Positions 47,595-58,299 of a stretch of DNA of 64,000 bases are shown here, piece by piece. Location: NCBI GenBank assembly GCA_965197475.1, contig CBDANF010000002.1:960001-1024000 (forward strand), given 5' to 3'. Positions within the stretch are counted from its first letter, which is position 1, and every line of letters starts with the position of its first letter. The notes under the pieces were generated by a model that saw only the letters and a program-made list of their open reading frames with translations, made no database searches and was not told where the DNA came from. The translations under genes were made by a program, and so were the position numbers. The stretch comes from Candidatus Poribacteria bacterium (lineage in GTDB: Bacteria > Poribacteria > WGA-4E > WGA-3G).

Positions 47595-49097
47595 CTATAA
47601 TAGTAGACCTTGTTCCGCCATTTCAATAGCACTGAGTAGTGCCCGTGCCTTATTCATGGTTTCATAATACTCATTTTCTGGCACAGAATCTGCCACAACA
47701 CCGCCACCCGCCTGTACATAGGCAACACCATCTTTGATCACCGCAGTTCGTATCGTAATTGCTGTGTCCGCGCTACCGGAAAAACTGAAATAACCGACTG
47801 TACCACCATAAGTGCCTCGACGTGTCGGTTCCAGTTCGTCAATGATCTCCATTGCACGAATTTTAGGTGCTCCAGAGAGTGTACCTGCGGGAAGGCACGC
47901 ACGGATGACATCAAATGCACTAAGATTGTCACGCAGCCTCCCAATAACATGTGAGACAATGTGCATCACATGCGAAAACCGTTCCACTATCATCAGATCG
48001 GTTACCTCAACGGTATGATATTCACACACACGCCCCAGGTCATTTCGTCCTAAATCAACAAGCATGACGTGTTCTGCGCGTTCCTTCGGATCAGCGAGAA
48101 GTTTCTGTTCCAGTTCGCGATCCTCCGCATCGGTTTTGCCACGTGGGAGCGTTCCAGCAATAGGGCGCGTCTGAACAAGTCCATCTTCCACACGCACCAT
48201 CATTTCTGGCGATGCACCGACAATGTCAAAACCACCACACTTTAAGTAATACATATAAGGCGATGGATTCACCACCCGTAATGCCCGATAAACATCAAAC
48301 GAGTCAACGGATACCGGACGACTGAACCGCTGCGAAGGCACAACCTGTATAATGTCGCCCGCTGCAATGTATTCTTTGGCGCGCCGCACCGCGTCTTTGT
48401 AAGCTGGTTTCGTGAAATTCGATTGTGGGTCGGGTAGGGATTTTTGGTGGTTTTTTGTAGAATTTTCCCTATGCTTGAATGAGGTATTTTCAGAAGCGGC
48501 CGTTAATTTTGCAACTAACGTATCAATTTTCCCAACAGCATAAGCATAAGCTGCATCCACATCTCCATCAATATGTGCATTTGCCACAACCTTAATCTGA
48601 TGATTTACATGATCGAATATCAGTATTGTTTCGGCAATCATAAAAAAGCAATCGGGCAGCTGCAGTTCGTCTTCGGTATCATCAGGTAATTCTTCCACAA
48701 AACGCACCATATCGTAGCTCATATAGCCGACTGCACCACCGTGGAACTGTGGTAATCCTTCAATGTTGACAGGTTGGTAATTCTGCATTAATTCTTCCAG
48801 AGCTTTGAACGGATCTTCGTATTCCTTAGATACCTTTTCACCCTTTGCCAAATACTCAATGGTAACCTGGTGCCCTTTACTCTGAAAAAGCACGGATGGC
48901 TGACTTCCCAAAAATGAGTAGCGTGCAACTTTTTCACCGCCTTCAACGCTCTCCAGTAAGAAAGCAAAATTATCAGGCATCAATTTGTAAAAGGCGGACA
49001 CCGGTGTCTCCATATCTGCCAAAATCGGTCGATAGACCGGTATCGTGTTACCTGTTTTCGCTTTTTCCTTAAATTCTTCCAACGTCGGATAATACAT
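47595..49097 (-). CDS. trpE: Anthranilate synthase component I
   Basis: [45 protein letters not shown]. Confidence 0.96.
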   Translation of the reverse strand: MYYPTLEEFKEKAKTGNTIPVYRPILADMETPVSAFYKLMPDNFAFLLESVEGGEKVARYSFLGSQPSVLFQSKGHQVTIEYLAKGEKVSKEYEDPFKALEELMQNYQPVNIEGLPQFHGGAVGYMSYDMVRFVEELPDDTEDELQLPDCFFMIAETILIFDHVNHQIKVVANAHIDGDVDAAYAYAVGKIDTLVAKLTAASENTSFKHRENSTKNHQKSLPDPQSNFTKPAYKDAVRRAKEYIAAGDIIQVVPSQRFSRPVSVDSFDVYRALRVVNPSPYMYYLKCGGFDIVGASPEMMVRVEDGLVQTRPIAGTLPRGKTDAEDRELEQKLLADPKERAEHVMLVDLGRNDLGRVCEYHTVEVTDLMIVERFSHVMHIVSHVIGRLRDNLSAFDVIRACLPAGTLSGAPKIRAMEIIDELEPTRRGTYGGTVGYFSFSGSADTAITIRTAVIKDGVAYVQAGGGVVADSVPENEYYETMNKARALLSAIEMAEQGLLL

Positions 49098-49320
49098 TAC
49101 ATGACTCCCTTTCGTATACTTAACGTCAAAATCTATTCTTTAAAATACCTCTATGAATTATGGTGAACTATACAATTAACGATATCCCTTCTATAGGCGC
49201 GCTTACAAAGCGCGCCTACCAGAGGAGTCTACATATTTTTGTTTCACCATAAATAGCAGGTAAGGCAATTAGCCAATTTTCGATCTGATGCTAAGACACG
49301 AAAACTGGAAATATCAAAAC

Positions 49321-49701
49321 CTAATAAACAGCATCTGCATCGAAAATCTTTTCACCTACCACACGTGTTGAATCGCCGTCGGGGGAGACTTCTTGAAAAA
49401 AGCAGGAGCGATAGCCAGTATGACACGCTGCCACATTCTGCTCAACTTTAATGAGCAAGGCATCACCGTCACAATCAACAGCAACAGACTCAACAGTCTG
49501 TGTGTGCCCTGAAGTCTCCCCCTTTATCCACAACTTTTGACGGGAACGACTCCAGAAGCAGACACGACCGGTTGACAAGGTTTGTTTGATTGCTTCCGTG
49601 TTCATATAGCCTACCATCAGCACTTCATTATTTGCCTGATCCTGAATTACAGCGGCGACTAAACCATCCCGGTCATATTTTAGTTCCGATAATATTTTCA
49701 T
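49321..49701 (-). CDS. hisI: Phosphoribosyl-AMP cyclohydrolase
   Basis: WSRSRQKLWIKGETSG, DCDGD, ACHTGYRSCF. Confidence 0.96.
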   Translation of the reverse strand: MKILSELKYDRDGLVAAVIQDQANNEVLMVGYMNTEAIKQTLSTGRVCFWSRSRQKLWIKGETSGHTQTVESVAVDCDGDALLIKVEQNVAACHTGYRSCFFQEVSPDGDSTRVVGEKIFDADAVY

Positions 49702-49723
49702 GGGTTCTCCTTAATCCTATTAT

Positions 49724-49767
49724 AAAAACAAAAAACCTTATGCCACGGGGTTTGTGTGTGCATAAGG
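49724..49767 (-). terminator. Attenuator terminator upstream of hisI-trpE-trpG
   Basis: Minus strand CCTTATGC...GCATAAGG followed by TTTTTGTTTTT. Confidence 0.85.
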
Positions 49768-49806
49768 CGGACAAGTAACATCAAAATACAATAGGCTCAA
49801 ATTTGC

Positions 49807-49902
49807 TTAGCGCGCACACTCCTCTTCTCTGGAATTGGAACGCCACCAATGCCAATAGTTAGATGTTCTATGCAAGTTGGAGTGTGAATCGGTAAATTTC
49901 AT
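49807..49902 (-). CDS. trpL: Attenuator leader peptide (31 aa) with W-H-W-W control codons
   Basis: Manual translation MKFTDSHSNLHRTSNYWHWWRSNSREEECAR*, upstream of the terminator hairpin and hisI-trpE-trpG. Confidence 0.85.
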   Translation of the reverse strand: MKFTDSHSNLHRTSNYWHWWRSNSREEECAR

Positions 49903-50173
49903 TTTCTCAATTTTCGCAGGTTATTTATGTTTAATTTGTATCAACGGACGAGTGTAAAAGTTCAATCAACCGTCCTTCTCCACCACTATTGTTAAAATGA
50001 TACCATATTTAAGTTCCGAAATGCAAATAAATTTGTTTTGCTTCAGAACCATTCAATTTTCTCAAGACACTCTTGTGGGAGGGAACCTTGTAACCCAATT
50101 TATATGGATAATAATGTTCCCTCGTTACTCAACCTATGTTCAAAACCGACACCGAAATGCCTCTGACCCTCAT

Positions 50174-50815
50174 TTAAATTTCCCCGTTCCATTCCAATGG
50201 ACGATTCTCCAAATAAGGACGCAGCAGTTCTTGAAGATGCCGATGCGCATGATGCAAGTGTGTTTTGACGGTACTTTCTGATCGATCTATGAGGACCCCA
50301 ATCTCTTTAATCTGGAGTTTCTGATCATAGCGCAATTTGAAAACGCGTCGCTGTTTCGGGGGGAGTTGATTTACTGCCTCGCTAATAATATGCCCGAGTT
50401 CCTCCATCTCAATCAGGTGAGATGGAGACGGATGCTTGCTTATTAACAGTAACTCCTCCGAATTTGCGATTAATTCGTCCAACGCAACAGTTTTCCTCCT
50501 GCTCTGTTGACGCAAAAAATCAATACAGCAATTCATAGCGATGCGGTAAAGCCAACTATAAAATGCTGATTCACGTTTAAATTTCGGTAACGCTTTATAA
50601 GCTTTCAGGAACACTTCTTGGCAGAGGTCTTTTGTAGTTTCAGCATCATGAATGTGTCTGTAAATAAGTTTAGCGATGCGGTGTTGATATTTTAGTACGA
50701 GGGTGTTAAACGCGTCTGTATCGCCATTTTGGAATCGAGTTACTAATTCATGTTCATCAATTAATTCTAATTCATCGGCAGACAACAAACCTAAGCTCCC
50801 CTTTGTATCTGACAT
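50174..50815 (-). CDS. ECF (RpoE-like) sigma factor
   Basis: DLCQEVFLKAYKAL, FYSWLYRIAMNCCID, and region 4 HTH with SESTVKTHLHHA. Confidence 0.92.
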   Translation of the reverse strand: MSDTKGSLGLLSADELELIDEHELVTRFQNGDTDAFNTLVLKYQHRIAKLIYRHIHDAETTKDLCQEVFLKAYKALPKFKRESAFYSWLYRIAMNCCIDFLRQQSRRKTVALDELIANSEELLLISKHPSPSHLIEMEELGHIISEAVNQLPPKQRRVFKLRYDQKLQIKEIGVLIDRSESTVKTHLHHAHRHLQELLRPYLENRPLEWNGEI

Positions 50816-51006
50816 TCTAATTCTCCATTAATACAACGCTAACATTATTTTGGACTAATGCTAACGTTATTTTGAACTAATTGAGTAAATGTACAAATGT
50901 GAACAACTAATTTATACACCTTAAGTATTTAAATGTTCCCACATTCTATACAATTAGACATTTTTATCAGTTTTTGTTCAGTATTAAAGACCAAATCATT
51001 CTATTA

Positions 51007-51113
51007 TAACCCAAGTTGCCACCTATCTATAGACATAGCACCACTATAGGGTGGAGAAGAATCTGAAAAACCCTCTTGAAACGTCGAAAACTTGTTAGTA
51101 GCAACTTGGGTTA
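51007..51113. mobile_element. MITE with TAACCCAAGTTGC ends, copy 1
   Basis: TAACCCAAGTTGCCAC ... GTAGCAACTTGGGTTA, the same ends as 62925-63081. Confidence 0.75.
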
Positions 51114-51629
51114 TTATAATAAAGCTCATAATTACTGATACATTCTAAGTAAAAAAACAAAATCTAAAAACCATATTAAGTCAATATTAATTTATAATAA
51201 GGAAAAATCACTAATATGTCTCAACACAGTTAATTATACTCAACTTAACCTCATAAGTCAAATTAAATCTGTAAAAAATGTTAAATTGGCTTGAAAAAAC
51301 ACACAATTCCATGGATTTTAGTAAATTATTCGAATTTTAGGAGTCGGTCAGTTTCGCCATATTATAGTAAAGACCTCAATTACTGATATATTTTGTCCCT
51401 GTAGCGATTTCAAACACACATTGCGAATGTAAGAAAGAGGCGCAATGAATTGCGCGACTACAAACGCGTCTTTACTTAAGAAAACAATTCCATCAAAATC
51501 GGGTTTACAAAGTCCTCCCACAAGAGTGTTTCTCTACAGTTGAGTAGCTATCTACACATCCACTTCCACTTGACAAGAACTATAACATCGGGTAAAGTGT
51601 TGACATCGCTTTAGATATAAGGAGCACCC

Positions 51630-53021
51630 ATGCGCCGCTACAGCATTCAAACTAAAATCGTTCTCCCATTTTTGCTTCTCTTTGCACTTGTTTCTGTCCT
51701 GGTGCCATTAATAACGGTTGAGCTTTTCGCCTGGAAATACAGTGAACAGTTTACGCGCGAAACACAAGGATGGTTTAATGTCATTGTAGAAACAGGGTTT
51801 ATTGAGGAAGATATTGAAAAGGTCAAGCAAGCATACAGCGTAGAAGTTATGATTTTTGGTTCAGATTACACGCTTAACGCAGGTACGCTGACGGATCTCT
51901 CTGATACTGAGCAAAAATGGGAAAACCTTGCAAAGAATATGCATCTTGAGCAAGTTAAACAAACCTTCCAAGAAGGAGGAAACACACCTGTTACACACGA
52001 TGTTACACTTGGTGGTAAGCACTACAAAGTCTTCTACCACTTACTTCCTTTTAGAAGGTTTTACTGCTTGTTGCGTCCTATGGATGAGATCGCAGAGGCA
52101 AAGCGTACGTTAACCCTATATATGTTAGGCATTGCTATCCTTGTGACGACACTTGTTGCTTTTATCAGTCACCGTATTGGGAAAAATTTAACAGAGCCAA
52201 TAAAGGATTTGGTCGGCTTTACGGCAAAGGTAGCAGAAGGAAACCTTGATGAGCAGTGTGAGATTAAGACACATGATGAAATCGGTGATTTAGCTTTGGC
52301 GTTTAATCAGATGACGCGGAACCTCCAGCGGTCAAGGGATAAACTGATTCAAGCTGAACGCTTAGCAACAGCAGGAAAAATGTCTGCCTCTTTTGCACAT
52401 GAAATCCGGAATCCGTTATCATCTATGCGGATGTTATCGCAGTTGCTAATGCAAAAACAGGAGATGGCTGCTGAGCATCGACAATCACTGCAATATATCC
52501 TTGAGGAAATCGAACGGATTGACACTATCGTCAAAGGCTTGATGGATTTCGCGCGTCCCTCAACGCTTAACTTGGCGCAACAGCCACTTGAACCTACGTT
52601 ACAAGCCGTTTTAAGCTTGATGGAAGCGAACTTAACACACCATCAGATTCAACTTGTATTAGAATCTGCACCCGACCTCCCCGATTTTCAGTTTGATTCC
52701 GATAAAATTAAACAGGCATTTATGAATGTTCTTTTGAATGCGATGGAGGCGATGCCGCAAGGTGGTACATTAACTGTGGCTACTCTTAAATTAGAAGATG
52801 GCGTATCGATTAAAGTCGCAGATATGGGAGTCGGTATACCTGAAACAGATATTGAACATCTATTTGAACCGTTTTTTAGCCGAAAAGATAAAGGGACTGG
52901 ACTTGGATTAGCAAATGTCAAGCGTATCCTTGAAGAGCATGGGGGAACGGTTGAGATTGAAAGCACCCTCGGTAAAGGCACTACGGTTTCAATGTGGTTA
53001 CCGCTGAGATTTCAGGATTGA
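51630..53021 (+). CDS. HAMP-domain sensor histidine kinase
   Basis: Two TM helices, DEIGDL HAMP, AHEIRNPL H-box, NAMEAM N-box, GTGLGL. TTGACA-N17-TAAAGT upstream at 51570. Confidence 0.93.
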   Translation: MRRYSIQTKIVLPFLLLFALVSVLVPLITVELFAWKYSEQFTRETQGWFNVIVETGFIEEDIEKVKQAYSVEVMIFGSDYTLNAGTLTDLSDTEQKWENLAKNMHLEQVKQTFQEGGNTPVTHDVTLGGKHYKVFYHLLPFRRFYCLLRPMDEIAEAKRTLTLYMLGIAILVTTLVAFISHRIGKNLTEPIKDLVGFTAKVAEGNLDEQCEIKTHDEIGDLALAFNQMTRNLQRSRDKLIQAERLATAGKMSASFAHEIRNPLSSMRMLSQLLMQKQEMAAEHRQSLQYILEEIERIDTIVKGLMDFARPSTLNLAQQPLEPTLQAVLSLMEANLTHHQIQLVLESAPDLPDFQFDSDKIKQAFMNVLLNAMEAMPQGGTLTVATLKLEDGVSIKVADMGVGIPETDIEHLFEPFFSRKDKGTGLGLANVKRILEEHGGTVEIESTLGKGTTVSMWLPLRFQD

Positions 53022-53182
53022 TTAATACAAAATATTAATTGAATAAAAACAACTTATTTCATATAATACAAGGCAAATGCCATCTACACATTCGCAATTA
53101 TTTGCATAGATAGATAATATAAAACTCAGCAGCGATATACTCAATATGTAGTTAGGTTATATGCTGCGATAACAAGGACGGA

Positions 53183-55864
53183 TTGATAGTGATAAAAACA
53201 GAAACACCACGCCCAGAATATCCGAGACCCGATTTTCAACGCGGCACCTCTGAAGGAATTGACTGGATTAACCTCAACGGCGCATGGGAATTTGCTTTTG
53301 ACCCAGACGATGTCGGTAAAAAAGAGGAATGGTTTTCACCGAATGCCCCCGACTTCCCTTTGCAAATACAGGTGCCATACCCTTGGGAAAGTCTTGCTGC
53401 TTGGGGAGAAGAAGATCGTGCTGATAGCGCAACCTACCTGAGCACAAATGCTTACCTCACACCAGAAGATGTTACGTGTGACGGTCTAAGCCGAGATGGA
53501 AATTACCGTGGCGAACCACGACACACAATCGGTTGGTACCGCAGAACTCTCTCTATCCCTGAAAATTGGGGTGACAAACGTGTTATTTTGAAATTCGGTG
53601 CTGTTGATTGGGAAACAACACTCTGGGTGAACGGCAAAGTAATCGGTGGACATGAAAACGGGTATCTACCATTTGAATTTGACATCACAGATGCGCTTAC
53701 ACCCGGAGAACCTGCTACCATCGTTGTTCGCGCGTATGATGCACAGGACCACGGTGAACAACTTGCAGGAAAACAGATAGGGTGGTATACTCGTACCAGC
53801 GGCATCTGGCAGCCTGTATACCTTGAACCCAGAAACGCAACCTATATCAAGCAATGCCATATCACTCCGGATATTGACAATAGCACCGCCACTTTCGACG
53901 TAACGATTGATGGCGAAATCGCGTCAGGCACCGAAATTCACTGGGAATGTGATGATATGAGTGGTAGTACTGCTGCAGCTGATAAGACACAATTCACCGT
54001 CAATATCCCACCAGAAAAGCTGCGACTATGGGATGTTGATACACCTAATCTCTACAATGTCATACTCAAATTGGTATCTGAGGAATCTGTTATTGACAGG
54101 ATTTACACCTATTTCGGTATGCGAAAGATCTCAATTGAGAAAGCACCAGGAGGCGACTACAACTACATTTACCTCAACAACCGTCCTATATATTTGCTGG
54201 GCGCGCTAAATCAATCATTTAACCCAGAAGGTGTGTATACCTTCCTCACCGATGAGGCAATCCGAACCGATGTTGAACGCGCCAAAGAATTTGGATTCAA
54301 CTTCCTTCGCCTTCATATAAAAGTTGATGAACCGCGTCTCTACTATTGGGCAGACAAATTAGGACTGCTCTTTATGTGTGATATTCCCAACTTCGGACAT
54401 TACACGGAAAAAGCAAAAGGTAGATTTAAAGCGACACTTCGCGGAAACATAGACCGCGACTACAACCATCCATCCATCATCTCATGGTGCAACTTCAACG
54501 AAACGTGGGGACTCGGCGGTGGAGACTACAAACAGCAAACAGACCGCCAAGAATGGGTGCGAGAGATGTATCACTACGCTAAATCGGTTGATCCCACTCG
54601 GCTTATTGAGGACAACTCGCCCTGTTTATATGACCACGTTGAAACCGACATCAACTCTTGGCATTTCTATATCAACGATTACAAACACGCTAAGGATCAT
54701 ATCGCTAACGTTGTCCAACAGACGTACCCAGGCTCAAAGTTTAATTACGCTGGTGATAACGAACAAACGGATGTACCTTTAATTAACAGCGAATACGGCG
54801 GCATCGGTGCAGGAGCAGGCGACAAAGATATCGCTTGGTGTTTTAAATATCTGACAAACGAGTTGCGTATCCATCCCAAAATCTGTGGATATGTCTACAC
54901 CGAACTGCAGGACATTGAGTGGGAACACAACGGCTTCATGAACTATGATCGGTCGGTAAAGGAATTCGGATACGATTACAATGACATCAACACTCTTGAT
55001 TTTATTGCGATTGATTATCCGCCCGGCACCACGGTCGCTCCTGGTGATAGCGTAAAGGCAGACATATACGCCAGTCACTTCTCACACAAAACGATTGAAG
55101 GCACAACGTTACACTGGCAACTGGATACGGTTGATAAAAACGGTGAACTGACCTATGGGCGTGTAAGCAAAAGTGTCGGCATCCCTTTTCCACAATATCA
55201 GGTAGAACAAGTACATCAACTGGAACTCACCATCCCAGATATTAACGCCGCAGTTGGCACGTTACACGTATGGGTATCCGATGAGACAGGCGCGGTAGTC
55301 GCACGGAATTACATCAATTTCGAGATATTCTTGGAAGACACCTCGGGCCTCACTTCACTTGGTCATCTTCCAGGAGATATTGCCGCCAGTAAATGGGATT
55401 CAGCATCTGAGGTAACAGAACAACTCCTCACCGCGCAAGGTACTGGATGCGTTGAATATCAGATGTCCTTGCCGAATGATCTTAATCCTGACGATATTTC
55501 AAAGATGGAACTCGTTTTTGAGGCTTCTTCATCAAATGGCGGTTCACGGCAAACGGAGCCAGAAAAATATCCATCGGATGTCACAATCTCGGTAAACGGT
55601 GTTGAGGTTGAGACATTGACACTCCCCGATTGCCCCGCGGATGCACGCGGTGTGCTCACCTATATCCACGAAAACCTTGGAAACTACGGCTACCTGTATC
55701 ATATCCAATTAGATAAGGAAATGTGTTTGAACGGTGGTTCTGCAGATGCACTCACCGTGCGTTATGAAGTGAAAGGCAATGCTGAAAACAAAGGCGGACT
55801 TACGCTCTACGGTAACCGTCGCGGCAGGTATCCCACAGCACCTCATATTCGCATTACATCATAG
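53183..55864 (+). CDS. Glycoside hydrolase family 2
   Basis: PRPEYPRPDF, WINLNGAW, FGAVDW, SGIWQPVYL, RLHIKV, NHPSIISW..FNETWG, SEYGG. Confidence 0.92.
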   Translation: MIVIKTETPRPEYPRPDFQRGTSEGIDWINLNGAWEFAFDPDDVGKKEEWFSPNAPDFPLQIQVPYPWESLAAWGEEDRADSATYLSTNAYLTPEDVTCDGLSRDGNYRGEPRHTIGWYRRTLSIPENWGDKRVILKFGAVDWETTLWVNGKVIGGHENGYLPFEFDITDALTPGEPATIVVRAYDAQDHGEQLAGKQIGWYTRTSGIWQPVYLEPRNATYIKQCHITPDIDNSTATFDVTIDGEIASGTEIHWECDDMSGSTAAADKTQFTVNIPPEKLRLWDVDTPNLYNVILKLVSEESVIDRIYTYFGMRKISIEKAPGGDYNYIYLNNRPIYLLGALNQSFNPEGVYTFLTDEAIRTDVERAKEFGFNFLRLHIKVDEPRLYYWADKLGLLFMCDIPNFGHYTEKAKGRFKATLRGNIDRDYNHPSIISWCNFNETWGLGGGDYKQQTDRQEWVREMYHYAKSVDPTRLIEDNSPCLYDHVETDINSWHFYINDYKHAKDHIANVVQQTYPGSKFNYAGDNEQTDVPLINSEYGGIGAGAGDKDIAWCFKYLTNELRIHPKICGYVYTELQDIEWEHNGFMNYDRSVKEFGYDYNDINTLDFIAIDYPPGTTVAPGDSVKADIYASHFSHKTIEGTTLHWQLDTVDKNGELTYGRVSKSVGIPFPQYQVEQVHQLELTIPDINAAVGTLHVWVSDETGAVVARNYINFEIFLEDTSGLTSLGHLPGDIAASKWDSASEVTEQLLTAQGTGCVEYQMSLPNDLNPDDISKMELVFEASSSNGGSRQTEPEKYPSDVTISVNGVEVETLTLPDCPADARGVLTYIHENLGNYGYLYHIQLDKEMCLNGGSADALTVRYEVKGNAENKGGLTLYGNRRGRYPTAPHIRITS

Positions 55865-55877
55865 GAGGAAACGTTGA

Positions 55878-56957
55878 ATGTCAACACACCAATTTCTATT
55901 TACTCGCAACCCCGGTTTAGAGGGTTCATGGCCCTTCGTTCACGAGCAAATGGTGACACGTCTTGAAGAGTTAGGTGTAACACTCGTTCTTAACACTACC
56001 AGCAAAAACCCCATCCATGAACAGGTGGATCTGAGCGAAGTTATTGGAATCTCACATTGGGGAGGTAGTCTTACCGAGGCTTGTATAGACAATGCACCGA
56101 AACTCAAAGTGCTCGGCACAATGACAGATAACACGGGACACGGCATTCCATACACAAAACTTCAAGATCGCGGTATTCCCGTCATTGAATCCACACGCGC
56201 ATGGGCACAATCTGTGGCAGAGTGTGCTTTTGGACTTGCTTTGTCTTCGCTGCGGCGCACTGCACAGTGGCACATGAAGATGTCAAACGGTGAAAAACTG
56301 TGGGATTACAACAATCCAATATGGGGACCGAACAAACTCCCTGTCGCGCATCAATTCTGTGATGATCCAGACTTTGTAAACGGCGATCTCGGCACGAAGC
56401 AGATAGGTGTCATCGGTCTTGGGCAGATTGGACGGAAAATAGCGCAGTGGTGCAGGGTCTTCGGAGCAACCGTTATGGCATTTGATCCGTTCGTTCCCGA
56501 TGAACTACTTCAAGAATGGGACGTGGAACGCGCTGATATGGACACACTCGTTGATAGGGCAGATATTGTCTTCGTTGCTGTTCCACCGACACCTTCCGCT
56601 CGTCACCTGCTCAATCGTGAACGTATCTATCATCTGCACAAAGGCGCATTGGTTGTCATCATCACCCGTGCGCACGCCGTTGATATGGCAGCACTGCGCG
56701 AACGAATTGTTAAAGATGAACTCGCAGGCGCGTTTGATGTTTATGACAGAGAACCGGTGCCTATTGATGATGAATTGCGGAATAGGGATAACGTTGTGCA
56801 TACACCACACATCGCGGGTAGGACAAAAGATGCTAACCTGCGCGTTGCGGATATGATTGTTGACGATATGGTGCGTGTGCTAAAAGGCGAAGAACCGCTT
56901 GGCGCATTGACACCAGCGGCGATTAAGGTGAGAACGTCTGAAAACCCATACGAGTGA
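55878..56957 (+). CDS. D-isomer-specific 2-hydroxyacid dehydrogenase family protein
   Basis: SVAE, GVIGLGQIG, DVYDREP, HTPHIAG. Confidence 0.9.
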   Translation: MSTHQFLFTRNPGLEGSWPFVHEQMVTRLEELGVTLVLNTTSKNPIHEQVDLSEVIGISHWGGSLTEACIDNAPKLKVLGTMTDNTGHGIPYTKLQDRGIPVIESTRAWAQSVAECAFGLALSSLRRTAQWHMKMSNGEKLWDYNNPIWGPNKLPVAHQFCDDPDFVNGDLGTKQIGVIGLGQIGRKIAQWCRVFGATVMAFDPFVPDELLQEWDVERADMDTLVDRADIVFVAVPPTPSARHLLNRERIYHLHKGALVVIITRAHAVDMAALRERIVKDELAGAFDVYDREPVPIDDELRNRDNVVHTPHIAGRTKDANLRVADMIVDDMVRVLKGEEPLGALTPAAIKVRTSENPYE

Positions 56958-57346
56958 GGCAATCTATTCGCCGCGTAGTGCACACTTATTGAAAGTCACG
57001 TCTATCTGTTTATCGTTAATTTTACTGTTATGATTTGGAAATGCCCCAGATCGTGCAGTTTCAAACAGAAATTGCACGTTTTTGTGCGAGTTATCGGTTG
57101 ATACTGGAAAATCGGAATATTAAAGGGTTTGAATGTTGGCATACAATTTGCTTACTCTATAACGTGAGTTTGACTAAACCTCGTATGTTGGGTTGAGTGC
57201 CGTGAAAACCAATACGCTTCATGTCCACGCAGGTAATTGTTGGGTTTCGCTATACCTATCTATACAAATGGGATGCTGAACGCATAACTCCTGCGAAAAC
57301 TTGGTAGCAGATAGTTTTCTACCGCTCTACCCAACCTACGGACACA

Positions 57347-57463
57347 CTGCGGGTCGCTGATATGATTGTTGACGATATGGTGCGTGTGCTTAAAGGCGAA
57401 GAATCGCTTGGCGCATTGATGTCACGGCGATTAAGGTGTGAACGTCTGAAAACCCATACGAGT
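57347..57463 (+). repeat. Diverged duplicate of the last ~117 bp of the dehydrogenase gene
   Basis: Matches 56838-56955 (GATATGATTGTTGACGATATGGTGCGTGTGCT...GAACGTCTGAAAACCCATACGAGT) with substitutions and a small deletion. Confidence 0.9.
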
Positions 57464-57539
57464 AGGTTGAGTGGATCCCCAACCCATAGGTGTCAATTTA
57501 ACGTGTATCATATCCGCCCTTATTTTACTTCGCATTAAC

Positions 57540-58259
57540 ATGCACATAGAACATCTCAATTACCCTTTAACCCAAATTCCTGCCGGTCCATTTACGATGG
57601 GAACTTACCCTACCGGATTGCGGAAGACCGATCCGGAGGAACCACAACGTAGCGTTACATTGGATGCTTATGCCTTTGGCATCTATCACGTCACAAATGC
57701 ACAGTACGCACTATTTGTTGAGAACACAAATTATCGAACCCCTTTATACTGGGGTGACGAACGCTTCAATAGCGAAGATTATCCTGTTGTCGGTGTAAGT
57801 TGGCACGATGCGACCAATTTTTTAGAGTGGCTTAGCAATCTAACAGGTGAGACATATCGCTTACCAACAGAAGCTGAATGGGAAAAAGCTGCTCGAGGCA
57901 CTGATGGCAGAGAGTATCCCTGGGGAAATGTGTGGGACGCAAGTAAGACAAACACATCAGAATCTCAAATAAAACGGTTGACACCGGTTGGCAGTTATTC
58001 TGAAGGTATCAGTCCTTTCGGATGCTACGATATGGCAGGAAATGCTTACGATTGGTGCAGCGATTGGTTTCACATTGACACATATAAATATTCCCCTGCG
58101 GATAACCCGATGGGAGCGGTTGAGGGGAGACGCAAGGTGATTCGGGGCGGTTCGTGGCAGCCTCGCGGCGAGTATGCTGCGCGTTGTGCGAATCGTGCTG
58201 CGTCTGAACCGACCCGTGCTAATCATAACGTTGGGTTTCGCATTGCGATAGACCTATAA
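57540..58259 (+). CDS. Formylglycine-generating enzyme (FGE-sulfatase/SUMF1) domain protein
   Basis: PAGPFTMG, YRLPTEAEWEKAARG, YDMAGN, RGGSW, VGFR. Confidence 0.92.
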   Translation: MHIEHLNYPLTQIPAGPFTMGTYPTGLRKTDPEEPQRSVTLDAYAFGIYHVTNAQYALFVENTNYRTPLYWGDERFNSEDYPVVGVSWHDATNFLEWLSNLTGETYRLPTEAEWEKAARGTDGREYPWGNVWDASKTNTSESQIKRLTPVGSYSEGISPFGCYDMAGNAYDWCSDWFHIDTYKYSPADNPMGAVEGRRKVIRGGSWQPRGEYAARCANRAASEPTRANHNVGFRIAIDL

Positions 58260-58299
58260 TTAAAATGTCCGTTGTTAGGCAGGGTAAAAAATCGTAAAA

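Noticed and set aside
56838-57463. Template/variable repeat pair of a diversity-generating retroelement
   Set aside because: Differences are not confined to adenines, the copy has an indel, and no reverse transcriptase is in the window.
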